Origin: Bacteroidia bacterium
Lineage (GTDB): Bacteria; Bacteroidota; Bacteroidia; UKL13-3
Length of the DNA stretch: 64,000 bases
Direction: 5' to 3'
Assembly: GCA_044353855.1 (NCBI GenBank)
Contig: JBILBF010000001.1
Location: forward strand, 824,430-888,429
Shown: positions 9,776 to 19,645 of the stretch, in pieces
Layout: every line of letters starts with the position of its first letter
How positions within the stretch are numbered: the first letter of the stretch is position 1
Translations under genes and position numbers: made by a program
Notes under the pieces: generated by a model
Seen by the model: only the letters and a program-made list of their open reading frames with translations
Told to the model about the DNA's origin: nothing
Databases searched by the model: none

Positions 9776-12754
9776 ATGAAAAGTAAAGGCGCAGTAAAGC
9801 TGTTTGCAATTGCACTAACCATAGTGTGTATCTTCCAGCTATCGTTTACGTGGATTACCAATAAAGTTGAAAATGAAGCAAAGGAATTTGCAAACGGAGA
9901 TCCCATCAAAGAAAGAGCATACCTTGATTCGGTAGCTCGTTTACCAGTATACAATATTGGTATTACAGAGTTTACATACATGCAATGTAAAGAGCGAGAG
10001 TTAAATTTAGGTCTCGATTTGCAAGGGGGTATGAATGTAACACTAGAAGTTTCATTGGGTGAATTATTGCGCTCACTTTCTACAAATAGTCCTGATCCAT
10101 CATTTAACAAGGCTATTGAAATGGCCAATGAAAAAGCAAAATCAAGCTCGAAAGATTATGTAACTTTATTTGGTGAAAGTTATGCTGAAGTTGCTCCTGA
10201 AGGAAAATTAGCTGCTATTTTTGCCAACCAAACCAATAAAGATTTGGTAAAAATTAGTTCAACCAATGATGAGGTTTTAACATACCTTAAAACAGAAGCA
10301 TCCCAAGCAATTGACCGATCATTCCAAATTTTACGTGCTCGTATTGACAAGTTTGGTGTAACACAACCTAATATTCAAAAACTGGAAGGTAGTAATCGTA
10401 TTTTAGTTGAACTACCTGGTGTAGATAATCCAACTCGTGTTCGTAAATTATTGCAAGGAACGGCTAAGTTAGAATTTTGGGAAACATTTGACAACCCCGA
10501 AGCATTTAAACATTTAACTGCTGCTAATGATATACTCAAAAAAGTATTGGCTAACGAAACGATTAATTCAACCAGTTCAACAGCCGATTCAACAACCATT
10601 GACACAACATCAAAATCAACCAGTGCATTGGCAGGTTTGAGTAAATCCTCAAGTAATTTAGTTGTAGATTCAACTCAAAAAGATACCTCTTCAGAAAAAT
10701 CAATTGAGCAGTTTACCAAAGAAAATCCTTTATTTATTTTACTGCGTCCTTATGCGGATGACCAAAATATGTTAATTGCTAAAGGTTCTATGTGCGGTAC
10801 TGCATTGATAAAAGATACGGCTAAAATTAATGAATACTTAAACCGCGCAGAAGTGAAAGCAGTTTTGCCAGGAAATATTCGTTTTTTATGGGCATACAAA
10901 GGATTTGGTGATAATGGAGAAGGTGTTATTTTACATGCAGTGAAATCATCCAAAGACGGTAAAGCTTCTCTAGAAGGGGATAAGATTACGGATGCACGTA
11001 GGGATATTTCTCAAGGAGGACAAACCGAAGTTTCAATGAGTATGAACGCTGAAGGTGCTCGCATATGGAAAAACTTAACCAAAGCTAATATTGGTAAAAG
11101 TATTGCAATCGTATTAGATGATGTTGTTTATTCATCTCCGAATGTACAAAATGAAATTCCCAATGGTAGATCGTCTATAAGTGGAGGGTTTACAAATGAA
11201 GAAGCAGGAGATTTAGCAAATATTTTAAAAGCTGGAAAATTACCTGCACCTTCTCGTATTGTTGAAGAAGCAGTTGTTGGTCCAACTTTAGGTGCAGAAG
11301 CCATTCATAGTGGTTTATTATCAATGGTTGTTGCAACCATAATCATATTGATATTTATGGTTGTTTATTACAACAACTCTGGTTACATAGCTGATATAGC
11401 AGTATTAATTAACTTGTTTTTTATAATGGGAATCTTGGCTTCGCTAGGCGCAGCCTTAACGCTTCCTGGTATTGCTGGAATTGTACTTACCATAGGTATG
11501 GCCGTAGATGCCAACGTACTTATTAATGAACGTATAAAAGATGAATTATTAAGTTCACGTAGTTTGAAAAATGCAATTACTGATGGATATGCTGCAGCAA
11601 GTTCATCTATTATTGACGCCAATCTAACAACTTTAATTGCAGGATTTGTTTTGTATATTTTTGGAACTGGCCCTGTTCAAGGATTTGCCATTACACTTAT
11701 TATTGGTATTCTTACTTCTATGTTTACCGCAGTATTGCTTACTCGTGTTATTTCCGAATGGCGCTTAAATAAAGAACATATTATAAAATACTCGCGTTCG
11801 TTTTCAGAAAAAGCTTTTCAAGGTTACACGTATGATTGGGTAGGAAAACGTAAGCGTTTTTATATTTTCTCAGGTTTAATTATAGCAGTTGGTATTGTTT
11901 CAATGGTTACCAAAGGATTTACATTAGGTGTTGATTTTAAAGGAGGCTGGAGTTATGTTGTGCAGTTAGATACCGAGCATTCATCAACTGATATTCGCGA
12001 AAAATTAGCGGCATCATTTGGTTCTCCCCCTGAGGTTAAAACTTTTGGAAGTGATAATAAATATAAGATTACTACTACTTTCATGATTAATGATCAATCT
12101 GAAAATGCAGGAGAAATTGTTGAATCAAAATTAAAAGAAGGATTAAGTTCACTAGGTGGCACTTCAACTGTGTTGAGCTCATCAAAAGTTGGTCCTACAA
12201 TAGCAAATGATATTTTAACTTCTTCATATTGGGCAGCTATTGTATCTTTATTAGGTATTGGCTTGTATATATTAGTGCGCTTCCGGAAATGGCAATATGC
12301 TCTAGGTGCAATTGTAGCCCTTGCACATGATGTGTTGATGATGTTGACATTCTACTCTTTGCTTGATGGTGTATTGCCATTTACAATGGAAGTAGATCAA
12401 ACTTTTATTGCAGCTGTTCTTACCATTATTGGTTTCTCAATCAATGATACTGTAGTTGTATTTGATCGTATCCGTGAATTTTTAGGAACCCACCAACACG
12501 AAACCAACAAAAAATTGGTTATTAATGATGCATTAAACAATACATTAAATCGTACAATAATTACTTCGTTAACGGTGTTCTTAGTAACTTTAATATTATT
12601 CTTGTTTGGAGGCGAAGTTATCAAAGGATTTACATTCTCATTATTGGTCGGTATTGTATTCGGTACGTATTCTTCCCTAGCTATAGCTACTCCTATAGTA
12701 GTTGATTTTGATAGTAAAAAGGCCGACACTAAAGTAGTTCCAGCTAAAGTTTAA
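9776..12754 (+). CDS. secDF: Protein translocase subunit SecDF (fused)
   Basis: LNLGLDLQGG, RIDKFGVTQPNIQ, GMAVDANVLINERI, LGVDFKGG and SINDTVVVFDRIRE motifs. Confidence 0.97.
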   Translation: MKSKGAVKLFAIALTIVCIFQLSFTWITNKVENEAKEFANGDPIKERAYLDSVARLPVYNIGITEFTYMQCKERELNLGLDLQGGMNVTLEVSLGELLRSLSTNSPDPSFNKAIEMANEKAKSSSKDYVTLFGESYAEVAPEGKLAAIFANQTNKDLVKISSTNDEVLTYLKTEASQAIDRSFQILRARIDKFGVTQPNIQKLEGSNRILVELPGVDNPTRVRKLLQGTAKLEFWETFDNPEAFKHLTAANDILKKVLANETINSTSSTADSTTIDTTSKSTSALAGLSKSSSNLVVDSTQKDTSSEKSIEQFTKENPLFILLRPYADDQNMLIAKGSMCGTALIKDTAKINEYLNRAEVKAVLPGNIRFLWAYKGFGDNGEGVILHAVKSSKDGKASLEGDKITDARRDISQGGQTEVSMSMNAEGARIWKNLTKANIGKSIAIVLDDVVYSSPNVQNEIPNGRSSISGGFTNEEAGDLANILKAGKLPAPSRIVEEAVVGPTLGAEAIHSGLLSMVVATIIILIFMVVYYNNSGYIADIAVLINLFFIMGILASLGAALTLPGIAGIVLTIGMAVDANVLINERIKDELLSSRSLKNAITDGYAAASSSIIDANLTTLIAGFVLYIFGTGPVQGFAITLIIGILTSMFTAVLLTRVISEWRLNKEHIIKYSRSFSEKAFQGYTYDWVGKRKRFYIFSGLIIAVGIVSMVTKGFTLGVDFKGGWSYVVQLDTEHSSTDIREKLAASFGSPPEVKTFGSDNKYKITTTFMINDQSENAGEIVESKLKEGLSSLGGTSTVLSSSKVGPTIANDILTSSYWAAIVSLLGIGLYILVRFRKWQYALGAIVALAHDVLMMLTFYSLLDGVLPFTMEVDQTFIAAVLTIIGFSINDTVVVFDRIREFLGTHQHETNKKLVINDALNNTLNRTIITSLTVFLVTLILFLFGGEVIKGFTFSLLVGIVFGTYSSLAIATPIVVDFDSKKADTKVVPAKV

Positions 12755-12780
12755 TATTTTATAGCACTCAAATTTTGTTT

Positions 12781-12813
12781 AAAAGGCCGTTCTAAAAAGT
12801 AGAACGGCCTTTT
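12781..12813 (+). terminator. Intrinsic terminator after secDF
   Basis: AAAAGGCCGTTCT / AGAACGGCCTTTT inverted repeat. Confidence 0.8.
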
Positions 12814-12898
12814 GTATTATCCACAACTGTGTGCATTTATTCACTATAACTATTTGCTAACAGGTTGTAATATTGGATGTGTTTTAAATATAAACCTA

Positions 12899-13570
12899 AT
12901 GAATACTTTTTTATTACAAATATCATCAGCTCCTGTTATTGAAGCCCCGCAGTCACAAAGTTTATTAGAATTAGCATTCAAAGGAGGAGTTGTAATGATT
13001 CCAATTGTAATTCTTTCCATTGTAAGTATTTACATTTTTATTGAGCGATTGATGAATATTCGCTCTCGTTCTAAAACTACACCCAATTTTACCAATCAAA
13101 TTATTGATCAATTAGAAGAAGGTAATATTAAAGCAACACTCGCTTTGTGTGAGAGAACCCCAGGCGCAATGTCTAATATTATAAATTCTGGATTAATTTG
13201 TATTGGTAGACCAGTTAAAGAAATTGAATCGATGATGGAAAGTCAAACCAATATTGAAATTGCTGAAATGGAACGCAAATTAAATTACTTAGGATTGGTT
13301 GCAGGTATTGCACCAATGTTGGGTTTTATTGGTACAATTTCGGGTGTAATTAAAATATTTTACAATATCTCTTTAACTGATAATATTAGTATTGGTATTA
13401 TAGCAGGAGGGTTGTATGAAAAGATGATTAGTAGTGGTTCGGGTTTAATCGTTGGATTAATAGCTTATACTGCATATCACGTACTTAATCAAATGATTGA
13501 TTCATTTACGTTAAATGTTCAGAAACAATCGCTTTCATTTTTACAACAAATACAACGTACCACAAAATGA
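12899..13570 (+). CDS. exbB: MotA/TolQ/ExbB proton channel family protein
   Basis: GGVVMIPI, APMLGFIGTISG motif; ATG at 12899; overlaps exbD by 4 bp. Confidence 0.88.
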   Translation: MNTFLLQISSAPVIEAPQSQSLLELAFKGGVVMIPIVILSIVSIYIFIERLMNIRSRSKTTPNFTNQIIDQLEEGNIKATLALCERTPGAMSNIINSGLICIGRPVKEIESMMESQTNIEIAEMERKLNYLGLVAGIAPMLGFIGTISGVIKIFYNISLTDNISIGIIAGGLYEKMISSGSGLIVGLIAYTAYHVLNQMIDSFTLNVQKQSLSFLQQIQRTTK

Positions 13571-13965
13571 AATTGAGACGAAACAAAAAATTTCATGCCG
13601 AAGTGGCAACGGCATCTTTAAACGATATCATGTTTTTTTTGATGCTATTTTTTTTAATTGTTTCAACTGTTGCCAATCCTAATGTGATTAAAATTATGTT
13701 GCCCAAATCACAGGCAAATCAAACATTAAGCAAACAGCCGGTTACGCTCACTGTTACCGAAGACAAACATTATTACATCAATCAACAAGAAGTTCCATTC
13801 GAACAATTGGAACAGAAAATTTTAGCCGAAGTTGCAGGTTTATCTGAAGCAACTGTGGTTATTCGCTTGCCTCATAACTTACAAATTCAAGATTTGATTG
13901 ATGTGATGCAAATTGGTGCTAAACATAAAATTAAAATGGTTTTAGCAACCGAAAAAAAATCCTAA
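13567..13965 (+). CDS. exbD: Biopolymer transporter ExbD/TolR
   Basis: SLNDIMFFLMLFFLI TM segment with conserved Asp. Confidence 0.9.
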   Translation: MKLRRNKKFHAEVATASLNDIMFFLMLFFLIVSTVANPNVIKIMLPKSQANQTLSKQPVTLTVTEDKHYYINQQEVPFEQLEQKILAEVAGLSEATVVIRLPHNLQIQDLIDVMQIGAKHKIKMVLATEKKS

Positions 13966-13994
13966 ATATTTTTTCTAAGTAAATATTCGAACCT

Positions 13995-14342
13995 ATGAAT
14001 ATTGAATTGCTTCGAGAATTTTGCCTTTCTAAAAAGTCTGTAACTGAAGAGTTTCCTTTTGATAACGATACTTTGGTATTTAAAGTGTTAGGAAAGATGT
14101 TCGCTTTAACTTCGTTGTCAAATCCAGTAAGTGTTAATTTAAAATGTGATACAGAAAAGATGGTCGAGTTACGTCAACGCTATATTGCTGTACAACCGGG
14201 TTTCCATATGAATAAAAGCCATTGGAATACTGTTTCTTTTAATCAAGATGTAAATGATGTACTATTATTTGATATGATTGATGAATCATATTTATTAGTA
14301 GTTAAAGGGTTTTCTAAAATAAAGCAATCAGAATTAGGTTAA
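13995..14342 (+). CDS. MmcQ/YjbR family DNA-binding protein
   Basis: EEFPFD..TLVFKVLGKMFAL and PGFHMNKSHWNTV motifs. Confidence 0.88.
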   Translation: MNIELLREFCLSKKSVTEEFPFDNDTLVFKVLGKMFALTSLSNPVSVNLKCDTEKMVELRQRYIAVQPGFHMNKSHWNTVSFNQDVNDVLLFDMIDESYLLVVKGFSKIKQSELG

Positions 14343-14410
14343 AAAGTTCGAGGATAAATTTTATGAAGTTGTGCATTGCAATTTAAAATGCTTTCATTTA
14401 ATTGCTATTA

Positions 14411-15427
14411 ATGAATATTCAACAAAACATTTCACTTAAAACGCTTAATACCTTTGGCATAGATGCTATTGCCAAAGAGTTTGTTGAAATACATTCCAAA
14501 GAAGAATTACAGGTTTTGTGTAGTAATTTTAATTTAATTGATAGGAATGTTCTCATTATAGGTGGTGGAAGTAACCTCTTGCTCACAAAAGACATTGATG
14601 GAATGGTCATCAAAATATCAATGAAAGGTATTCATATTCTAAATGAAGATGAAAATTATGTATGGGTAAAAGCAATGGCGGGTGAGGTATGGCATGATTT
14701 TGTTCTTTGGACAATTGAAAATGGTTATGGAGGGTTAGAAAATCTATCTTTAATTCCTGGATGTGTAGGTGCAACACCAATGCAAAATATTGGAGCTTAT
14801 GGTGTAGAAATTAAAAACAGTTTTGATCAGTTAGAAGCCATAACTTTAGATGGAGGTGAATTAAAAGTATTCAATCATGCAGAATGTAAATTTGGATATC
14901 GTGAGAGTATTTTTAAACAAGATATGAAAGGGAAATACATAATTGTTTCCGTTAATTTTAAACTAAGTAAAAGCCCTGCCTTTAATACCACTTATGGTGC
15001 TATCCAAGATACATTGCAACAATTAGGCATAACTCAACCAACTTTAAAAAATGTTAGTGATGCAGTAATTGCAATCCGAATATCTAAATTACCAGATCCT
15101 AAGATACTTGGAAATGCTGGTAGCTTTTTTAAAAATCCTGAAATAACTATTGCAGAATTTGATACGTTAAAAGCTAAATTTCCTACAATAGTTGGTTATC
15201 ATACTTCTAAAGGGCTTGTTAAAATTGCTGCAGGTTGGATGATTGAGCAATGTGGATGGAAAGGCAAAAAAGTTGGAAATACGGGTTCACATAAAGACCA
15301 AGCATTAGTTTTGGTTAACTATGGTGGTTCAACAGGCTATGAAATTTGGCAATTAGCAATGGATATACAAAAAAGCGTTTTCGAAAAATTTGGGGTTACA
15401 ATTACCCCTGAAGTAAATGTAATTTAG
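14411..15427 (+). CDS. murB: UDP-N-acetylmuramate dehydrogenase
   Basis: GGGSNLL, GLENLSLIPG, MQNIGAYG, GNAGSFFKNP and EVN motifs. Confidence 0.96.
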   Translation: MNIQQNISLKTLNTFGIDAIAKEFVEIHSKEELQVLCSNFNLIDRNVLIIGGGSNLLLTKDIDGMVIKISMKGIHILNEDENYVWVKAMAGEVWHDFVLWTIENGYGGLENLSLIPGCVGATPMQNIGAYGVEIKNSFDQLEAITLDGGELKVFNHAECKFGYRESIFKQDMKGKYIIVSVNFKLSKSPAFNTTYGAIQDTLQQLGITQPTLKNVSDAVIAIRISKLPDPKILGNAGSFFKNPEITIAEFDTLKAKFPTIVGYHTSKGLVKIAAGWMIEQCGWKGKKVGNTGSHKDQALVLVNYGGSTGYEIWQLAMDIQKSVFEKFGVTITPEVNVI

Positions 15428-15513
15428 TCATACTCATTCAATGCTATTAAGTTAATCTTATTTTTAATTTCCTTATTTTCGCAACCTAATTCAGCCTGTT
15501 TTAATCTAATAGG

Positions 15514-16944
15514 ATGAAAATGAATATGCGAAAAAGTAAATTCAAACAATATATCATCCCCAATATAGCCATTACCAATGCTGGGAGTGATGGGAAAAGT
15601 ATAGCTCGTGAAGGGGAGAAAGTAGTGCTAGTCGATTTTGCCGTACCTGGTGATATTGTTGATGTGTTTGTTTCCTCCTCCAAAAAGAAAGTGAATTTTG
15701 GAAGAGTAGATAAAATAATTACACCCTCAGTTGATAGGGTTATACCTTTTTGCTCTCATTTTGGGATATGTGGTGGTTGCAAATGGCAACATATGAGTTA
15801 TACTGCTCAGCTCAAATATAAAAACCAACAAGTTTTAGATGCCTTTGAACGAATAGGTAAATTTTCTTTTCCTCCATTAATGCCCATTTTGGGATCTTCT
15901 AAAACTCAAGGTTATCGTAATAAATTAGAGTATTCATTTATTGATAGAAAATGGTTGGAAAATATAGCTGATAAAGATTCAATGGATGAATCTGAACACA
16001 AAGGTCTTGGTTTTCATATTCCTGGCCGTTTTGATAAAGTGTTAGATATTGAACATTGTTACCATCAGCCTGACCCCTCTAATGAAATACGATTAGCTAT
16101 TAAAGACTTTTCAATAAAACACCATTATACTTTTCATAATCCTCATTCACAGCAGGGTTTTATGCGAAATATTTTTATCCGTAATTCATCAATTGGTGAA
16201 TGGATGGTTGTTGTTGTTTTTCAAGAAAATGACCAAGAAAAAATTCAAGCATTAATGCAATTTATTCAGCAGCAGTTTCCGCAACTTACTTCATTGTTAT
16301 ATGTAATTAATGGAAAGATGAATGATACCATTCATGATTTGCCAGTTCATGTTTTTGCTGGTAAAGATTACTTAGTTGAAAAATTAGAAAATACTGTTTT
16401 TCACATTGGTGCAAAATCGTTTTTTCAAACCAATACAGATCAAACAGTTCATTTATACAATATTGTTCGAGATTTTGCCCAATTAAAAGGGACTGAAACA
16501 GTATATGATTTATATACAGGGGTAGGTACCATCGCATTATATGTTGCTGAAAATGCAAAACATATTGTTGGTATTGAATATGTTGAACAAGCAATAGTAG
16601 ATGCTAAAAATAATGCGTCTTTAAACAATAATACCAATACCCATTTTTATGCAGGTGATATGAAGGATGTGTTAAATGATGAATTGATATTTAAACATGG
16701 CAAGCCTGATGTTATTATTACCGATCCTCCACGTGCAGGAATGGATGAAAAAGTAATACAAAAAATAATAGAAATTGCACCTCAAAAAGTTGTGTATGTA
16801 AGTTGTAATCCAGCAACACAAGCTCGCGATATTGCACTGATGATAGATAAGTATGAAGTATCCAAAGTTCAACCCGTTGATATGTTTCCTCATACCCATC
16901 ATGTAGAAAATGTTACACTATTGACTTTAAGAATTATCAAATAA
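15514..16944 (+). CDS. rlmD: 23S rRNA (uracil1939-C5)-methyltransferase
   Basis: TRAM domain, CSHFGICGGC FeS motif, DPPRAG, YVSCNPAT, DMFPHTHHVE; exact start among 15514/15520/15526 uncertain. Confidence 0.92.
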   Translation: MKMNMRKSKFKQYIIPNIAITNAGSDGKSIAREGEKVVLVDFAVPGDIVDVFVSSSKKKVNFGRVDKIITPSVDRVIPFCSHFGICGGCKWQHMSYTAQLKYKNQQVLDAFERIGKFSFPPLMPILGSSKTQGYRNKLEYSFIDRKWLENIADKDSMDESEHKGLGFHIPGRFDKVLDIEHCYHQPDPSNEIRLAIKDFSIKHHYTFHNPHSQQGFMRNIFIRNSSIGEWMVVVVFQENDQEKIQALMQFIQQQFPQLTSLLYVINGKMNDTIHDLPVHVFAGKDYLVEKLENTVFHIGAKSFFQTNTDQTVHLYNIVRDFAQLKGTETVYDLYTGVGTIALYVAENAKHIVGIEYVEQAIVDAKNNASLNNNTNTHFYAGDMKDVLNDELIFKHGKPDVIITDPPRAGMDEKVIQKIIEIAPQKVVYVSCNPATQARDIALMIDKYEVSKVQPVDMFPHTHHVENVTLLTLRIIK

Positions 16945-16957
16945 CAATAAACTAGAA

Positions 16958-17317
16958 ATGACCGAAGAAGAGTTTAATAAGTTAATAGAATCATTGAATG
17001 TTGATTTAAAAATATATGATGAGATGATAAAAGAAGTTTCATCAGATATGATAGCAGGGGGATTCACTAAATTTCCTATTTTTATCGCTACTGAACAAGA
17101 GATTAAAATGGGTGAACTTATTTTAGAAAAAGATGAACATGCTGCATCTTTCAGCATTTACGCAACTACTCTTGAGGAAATGGTCAATCAAAAAATAATA
17201 TTAGAAAACAAAAAAGAAGAATTTGTTAACGTATATAAAGATGCCAATAAGTTTATGTGTGTTATGTTGCTTACTACTACAATTGCTAGTTTTGTTTTTG
17301 TACCTTATAAAAGTTAA
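16958..17317 (+). CDS. Hypothetical protein
   Basis: 119-aa ORF tightly packed between rlmD and the GT2 gene; no motif recognised. Confidence 0.75.
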   Translation: MTEEEFNKLIESLNVDLKIYDEMIKEVSSDMIAGGFTKFPIFIATEQEIKMGELILEKDEHAASFSIYATTLEEMVNQKIILENKKEEFVNVYKDANKFMCVMLLTTTIASFVFVPYKS

Positions 17318-17329
17318 TAAAAGTAACTT

Positions 17330-18364
17330 ATGAATCATTTTCCTAAAGTTGCAGTTGTTATTATCCATTGGAATCGAAAGAATTTACTTGAAGAGTTTTT
17401 GCCTTTTGTATGCGCATCAACCTATCCAAATTTAGAAATTGTAGTTGCTGATAATAATTCTACTGACGGTTCAGTTCAATACATTAAACAACAATTTCCG
17501 CAAATTAACATTATACAGAATGAAGATAATTATGGATATGCTGGTGGTTATAACCATGCTTTAAAATATGTAAAAGCAGATTATTATGTATTACTGAATA
17601 ACGATATTGAAGTCCCCCCTAGATGGATAGAACCCATTATCGAAGTAATGGAACGTGATGCGAATATTGGTGCTTGTCAGCCCAAAATGTTGGATTATAA
17701 AAACAGATCAAGTTTTGAATACGCGGGTGCTTGTGGTGGTTACATGGATAGACTTGGTTATGTTTTTTGTCGTGGTCGTTTATTCGAAGTATTAGAAGAG
17801 GATAAAGGTCAATATAATTTAGAGGCTGACATTTTTTGGGCAACAGGTGCTTGTTTATTTATTAGAAGCAATGTTTTTCATGAAGCAGGAGGATTTGATG
17901 AAAACTTTTTTGCTCATATGGAAGAAGTAGACTTATGTTGGAGAATACAATTATTAGGGTTTAAATTAAAAGCAATCCCCTCTTCTCATGTTTACCACGT
18001 TGGAGGTGGCACATTAAACAAAATGAGTCCTCAAAAAACATTTCTTAATTTTAGAAATAACTTAATTATGTTGACTAAAAATTTGCCATGGCCAACATTA
18101 TTATGGTTAATTCCAGTTCGCTCTTTGCTGGATCTAATGAGTTCTGTTTTCTTTTTAATAAATGGGTTTCCTGCCTATAGCGTAGCCGTTCATCGGGCCC
18201 ATGCCGATTATTTTTTTAGATTTAGAAAGTGGTGGAAGTTGAGGGAAAAAGTAGCTCCAATTTTTAAAAATGAAAGTTTTAGTGGTGTATACAATGGCAG
18301 TGTAGTTGCCGAACATTTTATAAGTAAAAAACAAGTATTTAGCGATTTGAAAAAACCAATTTAA
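17330..18364 (+). CDS. Glycosyltransferase family 2 protein
   Basis: VVADNNSTDGS, GYAGGYN, LLNNDIEV, ATGACL and HMEEVDLCWR motifs. Confidence 0.9.
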   Translation: MNHFPKVAVVIIHWNRKNLLEEFLPFVCASTYPNLEIVVADNNSTDGSVQYIKQQFPQINIIQNEDNYGYAGGYNHALKYVKADYYVLLNNDIEVPPRWIEPIIEVMERDANIGACQPKMLDYKNRSSFEYAGACGGYMDRLGYVFCRGRLFEVLEEDKGQYNLEADIFWATGACLFIRSNVFHEAGGFDENFFAHMEEVDLCWRIQLLGFKLKAIPSSHVYHVGGGTLNKMSPQKTFLNFRNNLIMLTKNLPWPTLLWLIPVRSLLDLMSSVFFLINGFPAYSVAVHRAHADYFFRFRKWWKLREKVAPIFKNESFSGVYNGSVVAEHFISKKQVFSDLKKPI

Positions 18365-19561
18365 TTAATAACCACAAATCTTTTTAATATTGGTAAGTAT
18401 GATTTGACAAGCTGTTATTATCTCAGCTTCTGTTATAATTAAAGGGGGTGCAATTCTAAATTTATTTGTTGCAAACAAAAACCAATCGCTTATAACGCCA
18501 TCATTAATACAAGCATCTATTATTTTTTTGTTTAATTCAAAACTATCAAACTCTAGTGAAAGCATAAGCCCTTTTCCCGAAATACTTTTAATAGCAGGAT
18601 GTATTAGATTTTGTCTAAATAATATTTCTTTTGCCGAAATATGTTCAATCCATTTATGTGATAAAAGTTCTTCTATTCCTGCAACTGCAGCGGCACAAAT
18701 AACTGGGTGTCCTCCAAAAGTTGTTATATGACCTAAAATAGGATTATCAGCTAGTGTCATCATCATGTTATGAGACGAAACAAATGCCCCTATTGGCATT
18801 CCTGCCCCAAGGGCTTTTCCCAATAATAAAATATCGGGTATTACACCACTGTGTTCAAATGCAAATAGCTTGCCTGTTCGGCCCATTCCAGTTTGTATTT
18901 CATCAAAAATTAAAAGCACACAGTGGTCGTCACATTTTTTTCGTAAAGCTTTTAAAAAAAGTTCATCTGTTGCCATGTACCCAGCTTCACCACGTACAAT
19001 TTCAATAATAACACATGCAGTTTTAGAAGTAATACGTTCTAATTCTTCAACATTACCATTTGTTAAAAAATGAACATCGGGTAGAAGTGGGCGATAGGCT
19101 TGTTTATATTGCTCCTCACTGTTTAAACTTAAAGCTGCATGGGTACTTCCATGATATGCATTTTTAAAAGCTATAATTTCACTTCTGTTTGTTACTCTTT
19201 TAGCAAGCTTTAAAGCTCCATCTGTTGCTTCTGCTCCTGAGGTTACAAAATATACACAGTTTAATGTTGTGGGTAACAAAGAAGTAAGTTTTTTTGCTAA
19301 TTGTACTTGTGGTGATTGAATGTATTCACCATATACCATTACATGCATATACTTATCAACTTGTGTTTTAATAGCATTTTTAACTTTTTCGTTTCCGTGA
19401 CCTAAACTACTAACGCTAATACCCGATATCAAATCAATATATTTTTTCCCTTTTGAGTCTATTAAATGTATACCCTCAGCTTTTTCAATTTCTAATAATA
19501 ATGGAAATCTTGTAGTTTGAGCTTGGTGGCTTAAAAATAGTTCACGATTACTAATATGCAT
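18365..19561 (-). CDS. Class III PLP-dependent aminotransferase (acetylornithine/ArgD-like; substrate uncertain)
   Basis: YIDLISGISV, SGAEA, AYHG, FDEIQTGMGRTG, GKALGAG (PLP Lys) and TTFGG. Confidence 0.85.
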   Translation of the reverse strand: MHISNRELFLSHQAQTTRFPLLLEIEKAEGIHLIDSKGKKYIDLISGISVSSLGHGNEKVKNAIKTQVDKYMHVMVYGEYIQSPQVQLAKKLTSLLPTTLNCVYFVTSGAEATDGALKLAKRVTNRSEIIAFKNAYHGSTHAALSLNSEEQYKQAYRPLLPDVHFLTNGNVEELERITSKTACVIIEIVRGEAGYMATDELFLKALRKKCDDHCVLLIFDEIQTGMGRTGKLFAFEHSGVIPDILLLGKALGAGMPIGAFVSSHNMMMTLADNPILGHITTFGGHPVICAAAVAGIEELLSHKWIEHISAKEILFRQNLIHPAIKSISGKGLMLSLEFDSFELNKKIIDACINDGVISDWFLFATNKFRIAPPLIITEAEIITACQIILTNIKKICGY

Positions 19562-19588
19562 AATTCAAATATCGACTTTAGTTTATAC

Positions 19589-19618
19589 AAAAAGCCACTC
19601 AGAGTAGAGTGGCTTTTT
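19589..19618 (-). terminator. Intrinsic terminator after the deoxyhypusine synthase-like gene
   Basis: AAAAAGCCACTC / GAGTGGCTTTTT inverted repeat. Confidence 0.8.
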
Positions 19619-19645
19619 ATGTGAAATAACTTTATAAGGGATAAT

